A DNA stretch of 64,000 bases from Patescibacteria group bacterium (GCA_022709735.1 JAKLIG010000001.1:256586-320585), one strand, 5' to 3'; positions 1 through 8,916 are shown, counted from the first letter of the stretch. Notes: a model not told the origin generated them from the letters alone. Made by a program: numbers and translations.

Positions 1-160
1 GCATTCATAATAACTTTTCTTTTCCGCTTCTGGAAAAAGTGTAGCCTTTAGTCCGATATTGAGTAATCTTCCTACTCCAACGGCTGTAAAAATAAGGCTG
101 ATTGTGACGGCCAAATACAAATAAATTGTTTTAATTAGTTGTGTTGTTTTTATTGTCATA
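1..160 (-). CDS. hypothetical membrane protein, N-terminal part (continues beyond window start)
   Basis: Minus-strand ATG at 158-160. Translation MTIKTTQLIKTIYLYLAVTISLIFTAVGVGRLL... is hydrophobic. The ORF runs off the window edge. Confidence 0.3.
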
Positions 161-163
161 TTG

Positions 164-892
164 TTATTTATTAATAATTATTTTTATTGGAAAAATTATT
201 ATTGCATTAAATATCCTCTTAAATCTATATCGTGGCTCAAGAATTAACCGCCAAAGCCATTCTAGGCCGATTAATCGCATGAATTTTGGAGCACGGCGGA
301 TTTTTTTAGTTATAAAATCAAAACTTCCACCGACTCCTATGGCTAGTCTAATTGTATCATTTTTTTGGGAATTTATGAATAGCTCTTGAAAAGGAGCGCC
401 GAAGTTGCAAAATAAAACCCATTTGTCATCCTGAACTTGGTTCAGGATCTTATGAGATGCCGAAACAAGTTCGGCATGACAATTAAAATTCAAATTTTCT
501 CCATTAATTTCTAAATCGGGGTAATTTTTTAAAATAGCATCTCTGGTTTCTTCCCAATTGCTTAGCCCATCTTTTTTTGCGGCTAAAAATACAGAAAGTT
601 TTTGTTCATTCGCAATTTTTAGAATTTCTAGCATCAAATCGGCTCCGGCAAAACGGCATTTTAAATTTTTTCCAAATCGCCAAAAAGCTAATCGGATTCC
701 AAATCCATCCGCCACATTCAGATCACAATTATTTAAAATATTTTTAAATTCCTGGTTTTTTTGGGCTTCTAAAATAATTTCTGGATTAATCGTGGCGATT
801 TGGTGAAATTTTGGTCCGGCCAAAAAACTTCTGACTTTTTCCAGAATTTCTTTTTTCGAAAAATTATCAATTTTAATATTTAAAATATGCAT
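164..892 (-). CDS. WecB/TagA/CpsF-family glycosyltransferase carrying an in-frame palindromic-repeat insertion
   Basis: C-terminal motif GVGGSFDF...RAP...GLEWLWRL..EPRYRFKR is typical of the WecB/TagA/CpsF family. Residues CHAELVSASHKILNQVQDDKW are encoded by repeat D1 (425-482). Confidence 0.75.
   Translation of the reverse strand: MHILNIKIDNFSKKEILEKVRSFLAGPKFHQIATINPEIILEAQKNQEFKNILNNCDLNVADGFGIRLAFWRFGKNLKCRFAGADLMLEILKIANEQKLSVFLAAKKDGLSNWEETRDAILKNYPDLEINGENLNFNCHAELVSASHKILNQVQDDKWVLFCNFGAPFQELFINSQKNDTIRLAIGVGGSFDFITKKIRRAPKFMRLIGLEWLWRLILEPRYRFKRIFNAIIIFPIKIIINK
425..482. repeat. MITE-like palindromic element copy D1 (tgtcat-hairpin1-hairpin2-atgaca), inside a CDS
   Basis: tgtcatcctgaacttggttcaggatc...atgccgaaacaagttcggcatgaca. 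Terminal inverted repeats tgtcat/atgaca enclose two internal hairpins. Related copies lie at 13544-13609 and 62904-62945. Confidence 0.6.
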
Positions 893-903
893 AGATCCTT
901 CGC

Positions 904-940
904 TTCCTGCCTGCCGGCAGGCAGGCGCTCAGGATGACGG
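904..940. repeat. Palindrome E copy (cctgcctgccggcaggcagg) plus a truncated D end (gctcaggatgacgg)
   Basis: 20-nt perfect palindrome ctgcctgccggcaggcag. The same composite is present at 62884-62945 and this copy looks like an internal-deletion derivative of it. Confidence 0.5.
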
Positions 941-942
941 AC

Positions 943-1485
943 TTATTTTAACGGGCAAGATTCTAAAACAGTATAATTACTTCCGTTTTCGCCAAGTTCG
1001 CTGGAAATTATCTCAATATTTTCAACAGAAATATTTGATAAAAACTTTTCTTTAATTTCTGGTTTGTTTTCCAGCTCTTCCCATTTATATTTTCTAATTC
1101 TCCCTAAAGTAATATGCGCTCTGAAAGATTTTTTTGGAGCATTGGAAATTTCCAATTCTTTTTCAATATTATTAACTAAATTTTTCAGTTCTTCGCTGGG
1201 CTTTCCAGTGAGAGCAACTGATCTTGGTTCCTCAACTAATGGAAAAAGCTCAATCTGATCAAATTCGATATCAAAAACATTTGCTTCTTCGCAAACTTTG
1301 CGTGTTTTTTCGCAAATTTCCAAAATTGCTTCTTCCAAAACAAAGCCTAAAAAAACCAAAGTGATGTGCAAATTAGCTTCTTTTATCCATTTTACGGGTA
1401 AATCTTGCCATTTTTCGGTCGCTAAAATGAGTTTTTTCTTGGTTTTTTCGGGGATATTAATACTTATAAAAATTCTTCTTTGCAT
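943..1485 (-). CDS. thpR: RNA 2',3'-cyclic phosphodiesterase (2H phosphoesterase, LigT/ThpR family)
   Basis: Two H-x-T-x motifs (NLHITLVFLG and RAHITLGRI) at the spacing expected for the 2H family. Length about 180 aa. Confidence 0.75.
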   Translation of the reverse strand: MQRRIFISINIPEKTKKKLILATEKWQDLPVKWIKEANLHITLVFLGFVLEEAILEICEKTRKVCEEANVFDIEFDQIELFPLVEEPRSVALTGKPSEELKNLVNNIEKELEISNAPKKSFRAHITLGRIRKYKWEELENKPEIKEKFLSNISVENIEIISSELGENGSNYTVLESCPLK

Positions 1486-3546
1486 AATAAGCGAATAAGG
1501 ATGAATTATGATACAATATTATCAATGAAAGCTAAAAATAACAAGCATATTATTGATGTCGTTCCACTCACTAAAATTCCCCTGACTAGTCATCAGTCTT
1601 TTTCATATTTATCCGAAACAGAAATTCCAGCCGGAACCTTAGTATCCATTCCCCTCTTTCGAAGAAATTTAGAAGGGATTGTTTTGGGAGTGAGAAAAGA
1701 TTTTCCGCGGTTTAATGCAGGAATAGAATTAAAAAAAATCGATAAAATAATTGAAGAAAAATTTTTAACTCCCGATCAAATAGAATTGGCAAAAGTTATT
1801 TCGGATTATTATATAAGCCCGCTTGGGGTGGTAATGAAAAATTTCGTGCCAAAACGGGTAAAACCAAGAATTAGAAATCAGGAATTAGGAATTAAGAAAA
1901 GAAAAAATATTATTTTAACCAAAGAACAAAATGATTCAGTAGAAAAAATTTCTAAAACAAATTGTAAATTGAAAATTGTAAATTGTAAATTTCTTTTGTA
2001 TGGTCCTTCTGGTTCTGGAAAAACCGAAGTGTATATTAATGCAATCTCGCAGATCGCAGATCGTAACCCACAACTTCAATTCCTAATTCTTATTCCGGAA
2101 AAAACTTTGACTCCGCAGGCTATCGAAAGATACGGCGCATATTTTAAGTCGGAAGAAATTGCAGTTATTTCAAGTAATATTTCTAAAGGGCAATTATATT
2201 CCACTTGGCAGAAAATAAAGTCCGGAGAGATAAAAATAGTTATTGGCACGAGAATGGCGATTTTTGCGCCATTTAGAAATCTTGGGCTTATTGTAATTGA
2301 TGAAGAACAGGACATGTCATATAAACAATGGGATATGAATCCGCGATATGACGCGAGGAAAGTTGCAGAAAAATTGGCGGAAATTCATAAGTGTAAAATT
2401 GTTAGAGGTTCGGCCACGCCTAGTGTAGAAAGTTATTGGAGAGCATTAAATAAAGAATATGGACTTATTGAATTGCCAAAGCTAAACTTAAAGGAATTAG
2501 GAATTAGGAATTATGAATTAGGAAAAACAAATACGACTATTGTTGATATGAAGCGTGAGCGCTGGGATAAAAACTACACTTCAATAAGCAAAAAATTAAA
2601 ATCTGAAATTGCTTATGCGCTAAAATATAATCAGCAAATCATTTTATTTATCAACCGCCAAGGAATGAGTAGTTTTTCCATTTGCGAAGCGTGCAAAACA
2701 GTTCTTCGCTGTCCGAAATGCGATCGAGCTTTAATTTATGAAAAAGGCGGATTTTATCAATGCAATCATTGTAATTATAAAACTGATATTTTTCCAAAAT
2801 GTAAAAAATGCGGAGGGATAAATTTTAAAAATATTGGACTCGGAACGCAGAAAGTGGAAAAAGAAATTTTGAATTTTTTTCCTTTGGCCAAAATTCTTGT
2901 GGCTGACAGTGCAAATTCAAAGAAAAAAAATTTCCAGGAGGAAATATATTCTAAATTTTCCAAGGGCGAAGCAGATATTTTGATTGGCACCCAGATGATT
3001 TCTAAGGGTTGGGATTTGCCCCGGGTGTCACTAATTGGTATAATAGATGCAGATAATTTGTTGTCACTGCCTGATTTTTTTGCCGAAGAAAAGGCTTTTC
3101 AGTCGATAGTTCAGGTTTCCGGAAGGGCAAATCGTCCGGGCGCAAAGTTTCCGGGCGTAGTAGTCATTCAAACATTCCAACCGGAGAATAAAATTGTCCA
3201 ACTCTCTGCGGAAAATAATTTTCAAAATTTCTTTGAAAAAGTTGTCGAAGAAAGAAAAGCTCTGAATCTTCCGCCGTTTGGAAGCATTGTGAAATTAGTT
3301 TTTCAAGATTATAATTTTCAAAGAGTAGAAAAGGAAGTTTCGGACGCATTTGAAAAACTCGAATCAATTTTGGGAGTAAAATTATCCGAGCCACACATTC
3401 CTTTGGTGCCAAAAATACGAGGAAGATTTCGAAAGCAAATTATAATTAAATTTCCCAAAAATAAAATTCCGGAAAAATTGGAGAAAGAGCTAAAAAAACT
3501 CGGATCAGGCTGGATAATTGACAGAGATCCAATATCCATAATATAG
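1480..3546 (+). CDS. priA: primosomal protein N' (PriA helicase)
   Basis: Walker A GPSGSGKTEVY, DEEQD box, and a CxxC...CxxC Zn-binding insertion (CEACKTVLRCPKCD...CNHCNY...CKKCGG). Helicase C motifs are present. Confidence 0.9.
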   Translation: MHNKRIRMNYDTILSMKAKNNKHIIDVVPLTKIPLTSHQSFSYLSETEIPAGTLVSIPLFRRNLEGIVLGVRKDFPRFNAGIELKKIDKIIEEKFLTPDQIELAKVISDYYISPLGVVMKNFVPKRVKPRIRNQELGIKKRKNIILTKEQNDSVEKISKTNCKLKIVNCKFLLYGPSGSGKTEVYINAISQIADRNPQLQFLILIPEKTLTPQAIERYGAYFKSEEIAVISSNISKGQLYSTWQKIKSGEIKIVIGTRMAIFAPFRNLGLIVIDEEQDMSYKQWDMNPRYDARKVAEKLAEIHKCKIVRGSATPSVESYWRALNKEYGLIELPKLNLKELGIRNYELGKTNTTIVDMKRERWDKNYTSISKKLKSEIAYALKYNQQIILFINRQGMSSFSICEACKTVLRCPKCDRALIYEKGGFYQCNHCNYKTDIFPKCKKCGGINFKNIGLGTQKVEKEILNFFPLAKILVADSANSKKKNFQEEIYSKFSKGEADILIGTQMISKGWDLPRVSLIGIIDADNLLSLPDFFAEEKAFQSIVQVSGRANRPGAKFPGVVVIQTFQPENKIVQLSAENNFQNFFEKVVEERKALNLPPFGSIVKLVFQDYNFQRVEKEVSDAFEKLESILGVKLSEPHIPLVPKIRGRFRKQIIIKFPKNKIPEKLEKELKKLGSGWIIDRDPISII

Positions 3547-3629
3547 CGACTCTAATTTACGAATAAACATTCGAATGATTCGAATAAATTCGAGACATTC
3601 GGGTGAAAATTCGAGTTATTCGAGTCGCC
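3546..3629. repeat. Intergenic palindromic repeat B1 (gcgactc...tcgaat-rich...gagtcgc)
   Basis: gcgactctaatttacgaat...attcgagttattcgagtcgcc. Perfect 7-nt terminal inverted repeats. A shortened inverted copy lies at 40216-40262. Confidence 0.55.
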
Positions 3630-3636
3630 TAAAAAA

Positions 3637-4074
3637 ATGATTTTACCAATTATAACTTATCCCAATGAAATTCTTCGCCAGAAGGCGAAGAAAATAAAAA
3701 ATCCCAAAGACAAGGAAATTAAGGATTTGATTTTAGATATGATTGAGACTATGGAAAAAAGCGGAAACGCTCTGGGTTTGGCGGCTCCGCAAGTTGGACA
3801 GTCGATTCGTCTTTGCATCATAAAACTCGATGGAAAAACATACATTCTCATTAATCCGAAAATTAGTCGCAAATCTTGGAAAAAAGAAACAACAGAAGAA
3901 GGCTGTCTTTCTTTTCCAGGAAAATTTATTCCAATAAAAAGAAGCAGAAAAGTTACCGTCAAGGCTTTGGATAAAAATGGAGAAGAAATTATCATCAAAG
4001 CGGAAGGACTTTTAGCGCGCGCTTTTCAGCACGAAATTGATCACTTGGACGGGGTGCTTTTTATAGATAGATAA
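3637..4074 (+). CDS. def: peptide deformylase
   Basis: Motifs GLAAPQVG, EGCLSFPG and HEIDHLDG (the three canonical PDF motifs). Confidence 0.9.
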   Translation: MILPIITYPNEILRQKAKKIKNPKDKEIKDLILDMIETMEKSGNALGLAAPQVGQSIRLCIIKLDGKTYILINPKISRKSWKKETTEEGCLSFPGKFIPIKRSRKVTVKALDKNGEEIIIKAEGLLARAFQHEIDHLDGVLFIDR

Positions 4075-4077
4075 TAA

Positions 4078-4168
4078 TTACGAACTACGGAATTTACGAA
4101 CTACGAAACATACAAACTCCCTTTTCGTACTTTCGTATCTAGTATTTATTTTTGTAGTTCGTAAAGAA
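4078..4168. repeat. Intergenic palindromic repeat A1 (ttacgaactac...gtagttcgtaa; acgaa-rich)
   Basis: Terminal inverted repeats ttacgaactac/gtagttcgtaa. Copies lie at 10811-10897 and 54682-54790. Confidence 0.55.
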
Positions 4169-4175
4169 AGAGATT

Positions 4176-5135
4176 ATGCAAAATAAAATAAGACCAAGGA
4201 TACTTTTTATGGGGACGCCGGATTTTTCGGCGGAAGTTCTTGGCGCGTTGATTCAAAACAATTTTAATATTATTTCTGTTTATACCCAGGGAGACAAAAA
4301 AGTCGGGCGAAAACAAATATTGGAAAAATCAGCGGTGAAAATAGTTGCCGAAAAATCCGGAATCAAAGTCTTTGAGCCGAAAAAATTTGATGAAGATGCG
4401 GTTTTGGAACTAAAAAATCAAAATCCTGATCTTATTATTGTGGTGGCTTATGGAAAAATTCTACCCAAGAGCGTTTTGGAAATTCCGAAATATGGCGTAA
4501 TAAACACTCACCCTTCCCTTCTCCCGAAATACCGCGGAGCCTCTCCAATTCAAAATGCAATTTTAAACGGAGAGAAAGAAACGGCGGCGACAATTATGCT
4601 AATTTCCGAAAAAGTGGACGCGGGAGAAATTTTGATTCAGGAAAAAGTTGAAATCGGAGAAGATGAAACATATCTGGAACTTTCCAAAAGACTTTCTGAA
4701 ATTTCCGCCAAGCTTCTTGTGAAAATTATTCCGCTTTGGACGGAGGGAAAAATTAAATCAGAAAAGCAGGATGATTCAGAGGCGACTTTTTGTCAGATGA
4801 TCAAAAAAGAAGACGGGAAAATAAACTGGCAAGATGAAGCGCGCGCTATTTATAATCGTTATCGGGCTTATGTTTCATGGCCGGGAATTTTTTCTTATTT
4901 TGAAAAAGATGGACGAGAAGTGAGGCTTAAATTAGGCAAAATCAGCCTAGATAAAAATGAAACGAAAAATGATTTTGAAGCGGGAAAAATATTTTTGGAA
5001 AATGAAAAAATAAAAGTGAAAACCGGCGAAGGGAATATCGTTTTGGAAGAAGTGCAATTAGAAGGAAAAAATAAAACTGGGATACCAGAATTTGTTCGCG
5101 GTTATCCTAAATTTATCGGAAGCGTGCTAAAATAA
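4176..5135 (+). CDS. fmt: methionyl-tRNA formyltransferase
   Basis: N-terminal FMGTPDF, HPSLLPKYRG(A)SPIQ formyltransferase motif, and a C-terminal Fmt domain. Confidence 0.9.
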   Translation: MQNKIRPRILFMGTPDFSAEVLGALIQNNFNIISVYTQGDKKVGRKQILEKSAVKIVAEKSGIKVFEPKKFDEDAVLELKNQNPDLIIVVAYGKILPKSVLEIPKYGVINTHPSLLPKYRGASPIQNAILNGEKETAATIMLISEKVDAGEILIQEKVEIGEDETYLELSKRLSEISAKLLVKIIPLWTEGKIKSEKQDDSEATFCQMIKKEDGKINWQDEARAIYNRYRAYVSWPGIFSYFEKDGREVRLKLGKISLDKNETKNDFEAGKIFLENEKIKVKTGEGNIVLEEVQLEGKNKTGIPEFVRGYPKFIGSVLK

Positions 5136-5139
5136 AAAT

Positions 5140-5982
5140 ATGAACGGAGGAAACAATCAGCCGAAAAATAATTTGACCGCTATCACAGTCGGATTTTTTC
5201 TGATTGTTTTGGTAACAGCTTTATTTTTTTTGAAATCCTCCTTTTCCAGCAAAAAAAATGCAGATAATTTCGCCAAGGAACAAGCGCAGGAAGAAGCGGA
5301 TGATTTGAAAAAATATTCTAGTATAAGCGCCAAGGAACTTCTGGGAAAGATAAACAATCGCGAAAATTTGGAAATTGTCGATCTTCGGGATGCGCAAAAT
5401 TTTTCCGAAAAACATATTGTGGATTCCAAAAATATTTCTTTAGATGAGCTGGAAAAAAATTTCTCCTTTTCCGACAAGAATAAAAATTATTTTATAGTGG
5501 ATGAATTAGGACTCACTCCAAATGAAAAACAAGCGATGGATATCTTTATTGAAAAAGGTCTAAAAAATGTAGCTTATCTTGAAGGTGGAATTTATAATTG
5601 GACTAATGAACTCAATCCCCTAGTGCAAGTTGGAAATCCCAATTCTCTTTCTGACCAATCCAAAGTAAATTATATAAAAAGCGAAGACCTTAAAAAAACA
5701 ATTGAGCAGGAAAGCAATCTTTTGTATATCATTGATCTTCGAAAAACAAATGATTATGCAAATGGTCATATTAAAAATGCAATAAATATTCCCTTAGAAA
5801 ATTTGGAGGCGCGCCGAAAGGAAATTTCTTCATACAAAAAAATCATCCTTTACGATGATGTTGGAACGCTTGCTTTCCAAGGGGCGGTTCGATTGTTTGA
5901 TATGGGAATCTTGAATGTCTATGCTCTTTCCGACGGACTAAATACTTGGAAACAAAAAGGATTTGAAGTGGTAAAACAATAA
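5140..5982 (+). CDS. membrane-anchored tandem rhodanese-domain protein
   Basis: N-terminal TM helix followed by two rhodanese-like modules (IVDLRDAQNFSEKHIVDSKNISL.. and IIDLRKTNDYANGHIKNAINIPL..). Confidence 0.6.
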   Translation: MNGGNNQPKNNLTAITVGFFLIVLVTALFFLKSSFSSKKNADNFAKEQAQEEADDLKKYSSISAKELLGKINNRENLEIVDLRDAQNFSEKHIVDSKNISLDELEKNFSFSDKNKNYFIVDELGLTPNEKQAMDIFIEKGLKNVAYLEGGIYNWTNELNPLVQVGNPNSLSDQSKVNYIKSEDLKKTIEQESNLLYIIDLRKTNDYANGHIKNAINIPLENLEARRKEISSYKKIILYDDVGTLAFQGAVRLFDMGILNVYALSDGLNTWKQKGFEVVKQ

Positions 5983-6007
5983 TGTGCAAAAATATTTTTA
6001 GAAGGAT

Positions 6008-6033
6008 AAGGGGAAGTGAATTCACTCCCCCTT
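6008..6033. terminator. bidirectional intrinsic terminator hairpin
   Basis: aaggggaagtgaattcactccccctt lies between the convergent genes 5140-5982(+) and 6047-6256(-). Confidence 0.55.
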
Positions 6034-6046
6034 ATAACAAATTTGT

Positions 6047-6256
6047 TTAGTTCTTAAATTTTTTTAGCCAGACATCTTTTGCTGCCTCTTCTAATGTTTC
6101 TCCGTATCCACAAATGTCCTTAGAATTTGAACCCCGAATGTTATCAAGAATTCCCACGCCATCGCCTGTGAGTCGGGCCTCAAAAGGTTTTTTGCAATTA
6201 GGACTATGATGGATTGAATAAGTAAGCCCAGCCATTTTTTTAAGATAACTTTTCAT
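6047..6256 (-). CDS. small protein, possibly a HicB/UPF0150-like antitoxin fold (orphan)
   Basis: 69 aa. The ...CGYGETLEEAAKDVW segment resembles the GxTLEEAxxNxxEAI segment of HicB/UPF0150 proteins. No HicA-like partner ORF was seen. Confidence 0.3.
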   Translation of the reverse strand: MKSYLKKMAGLTYSIHHSPNCKKPFEARLTGDGVGILDNIRGSNSKDICGYGETLEEAAKDVWLKKFKN

Positions 6257-6345
6257 GCTAGATAACCTCCCTATCTGTTTGGTTAAATACTCTAAAAATA
6301 TTTTTTAAAAGGACAATATTTTAATGAATCTATCACTAGTGTTTT

Positions 6346-7053
6346 TTAGGATTTATTATTTGTATGCGTATAGGAATATAAAAATAAAGCTTGGGAAGCA
6401 AAGACTTTCAAAATTTCCATATTTTTCGGGTTTTTTTCCTCTTCTTCGTCGAACCCGCAAATAATCAGATAGCTTCTTATCTGATTTATTTTTTGTCCGG
6501 AAGAAACAATTAAACAATCCTCATATCTTTTTACATTCAAATTTTCTTTCATATCAGCTAGCGCGCTGTTTTTCAAAACTTTGCCTTTTTCCTCCGAGCG
6601 AAATTCTGTTTTAGTTTTGAAATTTTCCGTGTTCACAAAACGGAGCGCTGTGCAATCGGCTTTCAAAAGAAAGCTGGACGCACTCACAATTGACTGATAA
6701 GTTTCTTTTTCGTGCGTCGTATCCAAAACCGATCGGTCAGAAAGCCCAAGTGCGATATTCATAAGGATATCCATTTTTCGGTTTACTTCGCCGATATAGC
6801 TATATGATTCAACGAGATCCTTTACTGTTTGCTCAATTTTCTTTTCATCTTTTTCCTTTTCTTTTTTATGGAAAATAAGCTGTTGCTCGTTTTTCATAAA
6901 AATTATAAAAGCCATTGCGCCCATCAAAAAAATCAAAACTTCTTCCAGTCGTTCTTCTGAAACAAAATAAAAATTTGTGCGAACGACGTCCGGTATGATG
7001 ACCGTTAATATGAAAATGATTAGAAAAATCCAGTACATAAGTTTACCCCGCAC
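6346..7053 (-). CDS. hypothetical membrane-anchored protein
   Basis: N-terminal hydrophobic segment, then a soluble region with no recognisable motifs. Confidence 0.35.
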   Translation of the reverse strand: MRGKLMYWIFLIIFILTVIIPDVVRTNFYFVSEERLEEVLIFLMGAMAFIIFMKNEQQLIFHKKEKEKDEKKIEQTVKDLVESYSYIGEVNRKMDILMNIALGLSDRSVLDTTHEKETYQSIVSASSFLLKADCTALRFVNTENFKTKTEFRSEEKGKVLKNSALADMKENLNVKRYEDCLIVSSGQKINQIRSYLIICGFDEEEEKNPKNMEILKVFASQALFLYSYTHTNNKS

Positions 7054-7322
7054 TAACTTTTGCTCAAAGACTTTTTAATTCTTCTTTTTAATTGAGCCAA
7101 AGCTTGCCCGTATTGTTTCAATTGTTTTTCCCTATTCCAAGCATCGCTTTCTTCTAAATATGCTTCGTAATAAACTAATTTCCAGTGATGATTTTTGGTT
7201 GAAAATGATTTATCATTATTATGTTCAAAAAGTCTTTTTCTTAAATTGTTTGTGCAACCATAATATAATTCTTCCAGCTCATTTTTTACCACATAAACAT
7301 AGTGCATACTTTTAAAAAGCAA
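7053..7322 (-). CDS. GIY-YIG nuclease family protein (UPF0213-like)
   Basis: YVYVVKNE..LYYGCTNNLRKRLFEHN matches the GIY...YIG...R..EH core. Length 89 aa. Confidence 0.8.
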   Translation of the reverse strand: MLFKSMHYVYVVKNELEELYYGCTNNLRKRLFEHNNDKSFSTKNHHWKLVYYEAYLEESDAWNREKQLKQYGQALAQLKRRIKKSLSKS

Positions 7323-7337
7323 AAGTTAGTGCGGGGT

Positions 7338-7541
7338 TCATTTTAGCGGAAAATTTTTAGCGTCTTTTTTTTCGGAAAAAATAAAAATATATAAAATTTC
7401 TAAAATTGCTAGAGTATTTACCAAAAGCAAAATAATAAACCAAATACTGTCTCCTCTGCGCGCTGATTTCCAAAGCGCAAAGCCCTTCCAAGGCAATGTC
7501 CAGATAACCGCAATCATTATTAGGATTATTTCTCTACTCAT
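7338..7541 (-). CDS. small membrane protein, unknown function
   Basis: 67 aa with two predicted TM helices. Overlaps its neighbours in an operon-like arrangement. Confidence 0.3.
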   Translation of the reverse strand: MSREIILIMIAVIWTLPWKGFALWKSARRGDSIWFIILLLVNTLAILEILYIFIFSEKKDAKNFPLK

Positions 7542-7935
7542 TATTTTTATTTATAATTTTTAAGATTTTATCAATTTTGTCTTTTTCTATTCGATTTAAC
7601 TGCAATTTTATTTCTTCAATTTCTCTTTCTGCTTTTCTGTCGGTTGCCAAATCTAGGGCTTCTTTTCTTCGATCTCTTTCGGCTTGTCTATTTTCACTCA
7701 TAAGAATTATCGGAGCGGTATAGCAAGATTGAAGACCAAGAATTAAGTTGAGAAAAATAAATGGATATGGATCCCAATGATTTATCCAGGCGGAAATGTT
7801 AAGAATAATCCAAAGGGCAAAAAGTATGCTTTGAAAAATAATAAACTTCCAGCTTCCTACAATTTGCGCTATTTTATCAGCTGATTTTTGACCTAAATTT
7901 GGTTTTGTTTTTATCATAATTTTACTATACCACAA
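7534..7935 (-). CDS. DUF1003-family membrane protein
   Basis: HWDPYPFIFLNLILGLQSCYTAPIILMSENRQAERDR matches the DUF1003 signature (PYPFILLNL...APIIMMSQNRQ). Confidence 0.6.
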   Translation of the reverse strand: MWYSKIMIKTKPNLGQKSADKIAQIVGSWKFIIFQSILFALWIILNISAWINHWDPYPFIFLNLILGLQSCYTAPIILMSENRQAERDRRKEALDLATDRKAEREIEEIKLQLNRIEKDKIDKILKIINKNNE

Positions 7936-7953
7936 ACGGCAAAATCATTGCAA

Positions 7954-8916
7954 CTACTTGGAAAGTAGAGTGGATAATTTTTTCTTAAACGCTTCAATTT
8001 CTTCGAAATTATGAATCGAAATCGGCAAAACATCCTGCTTAATTTTTGTTTTGATTTCTTTGATTTTTTTCTTCAAATCTTTTGGGGAAACTAAATCGCT
8101 TTTTGTTAGAAGCACAAGCTCTTTCTTTTTTAGAAGCTCTGTATTATAACTACTCAATTCTTTCCGAATTATTTCATAATCTTTCAAAATATTATTCGAT
8201 TCCAAAGACAAACAGTGGACCAAAATTTTTGTTCTTTGGATGTGGCGAAGGAATTTTATTCCAAGACCCTTGCCGGAAGACGCGCCTTCGATGAGGCCTG
8301 GAATATCAGCGATGATAAAATCATCCATCGCGCCTAAATTCGGTTCAAGCGTCGTGAAATGATAGGCGCCGACCTTGGCGTTGGCAGAAGTGAGTTCATT
8401 GAGAAGTGAAGATTTTCCGGCGCTTGGAAGGCCGATAAGGCCAACATCAGCAATAAGGCGAAGCTCCAGAGAAAAATTAAATTCTTCGCCAGGCCTTCCT
8501 TCTTCAAATTCTTCGGGGGTGGTGTTTTTGGAAGAACGAAAATAGAAATTTCCTCGTCCGCCTATTCCGCCTTTGGCCGCGAGAATTTTTTGTCCGACTT
8601 CGGTGATTTCCAAACTTTCTTTGGTTTCTAGACTTTGAATAACCGTCCCAATTGGAACAGTGAGAAATAGATCTTTTCCGGCTGGACCATCTGAACGGTT
8701 AGCTCGGCCTTTTTTTCCGTCCTCGGCATAATGATCTTTGAGATGGCGATATTTATTCAAGGCAAAAATATCAGCGACGCCTTCGAAATAGACGCTTCCG
8801 CCGTTTCCGCCTCGTCCACCAGTTGGTCCAAGCGCCATTTTGATTTTGTCAAAAGTGACGATTCCATCGCCTCCTTTGCCAGCTTCGACCTTAATTTTTG
8901 CTTCATCAGTGAGCAT
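7954..8916 (-). CDS. obg: GTPase Obg
   Basis: Gly-rich Obg fold (GGKGGDGIVTF, GGRGGNGG), G-domain motifs GLIGLPSAGKSSLL and DIPGLIEGA, and TKSD. Confidence 0.9.
   Translation of the reverse strand: MLTDEAKIKVEAGKGGDGIVTFDKIKMALGPTGGRGGNGGSVYFEGVADIFALNKYRHLKDHYAEDGKKGRANRSDGPAGKDLFLTVPIGTVIQSLETKESLEITEVGQKILAAKGGIGGRGNFYFRSSKNTTPEEFEEGRPGEEFNFSLELRLIADVGLIGLPSAGKSSLLNELTSANAKVGAYHFTTLEPNLGAMDDFIIADIPGLIEGASSGKGLGIKFLRHIQRTKILVHCLSLESNNILKDYEIIRKELSSYNTELLKKKELVLLTKSDLVSPKDLKKKIKEIKTKIKQDVLPISIHNFEEIEAFKKKLSTLLSK

Noticed and set aside
141-389. 82-aa plus-strand ORF at the window start
   Set aside because: Entirely antisense to the well-supported TagA-family gene (164-892, minus). Low-complexity I/L-rich translation typical of AT-rich shadow ORFs.
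558-806. 82-aa plus-strand ORF
   Set aside because: Shadow ORF inside the TagA-like CDS. No motifs.
2076-3539. Four minus-strand ORFs (71-82 aa) inside priA
   Set aside because: Antisense to a gene with clear helicase motifs. No independent support.
5157-5477. 106-aa and 64-aa minus-strand ORFs overlapping the rhodanese gene
   Set aside because: Antisense shadow ORFs.
5843-6025. 60-aa minus-strand ORF spanning the rhodanese 3' end and the terminator
   Set aside because: Runs through a bidirectional terminator hairpin and is antisense to the CDS. Unlikely to be real.
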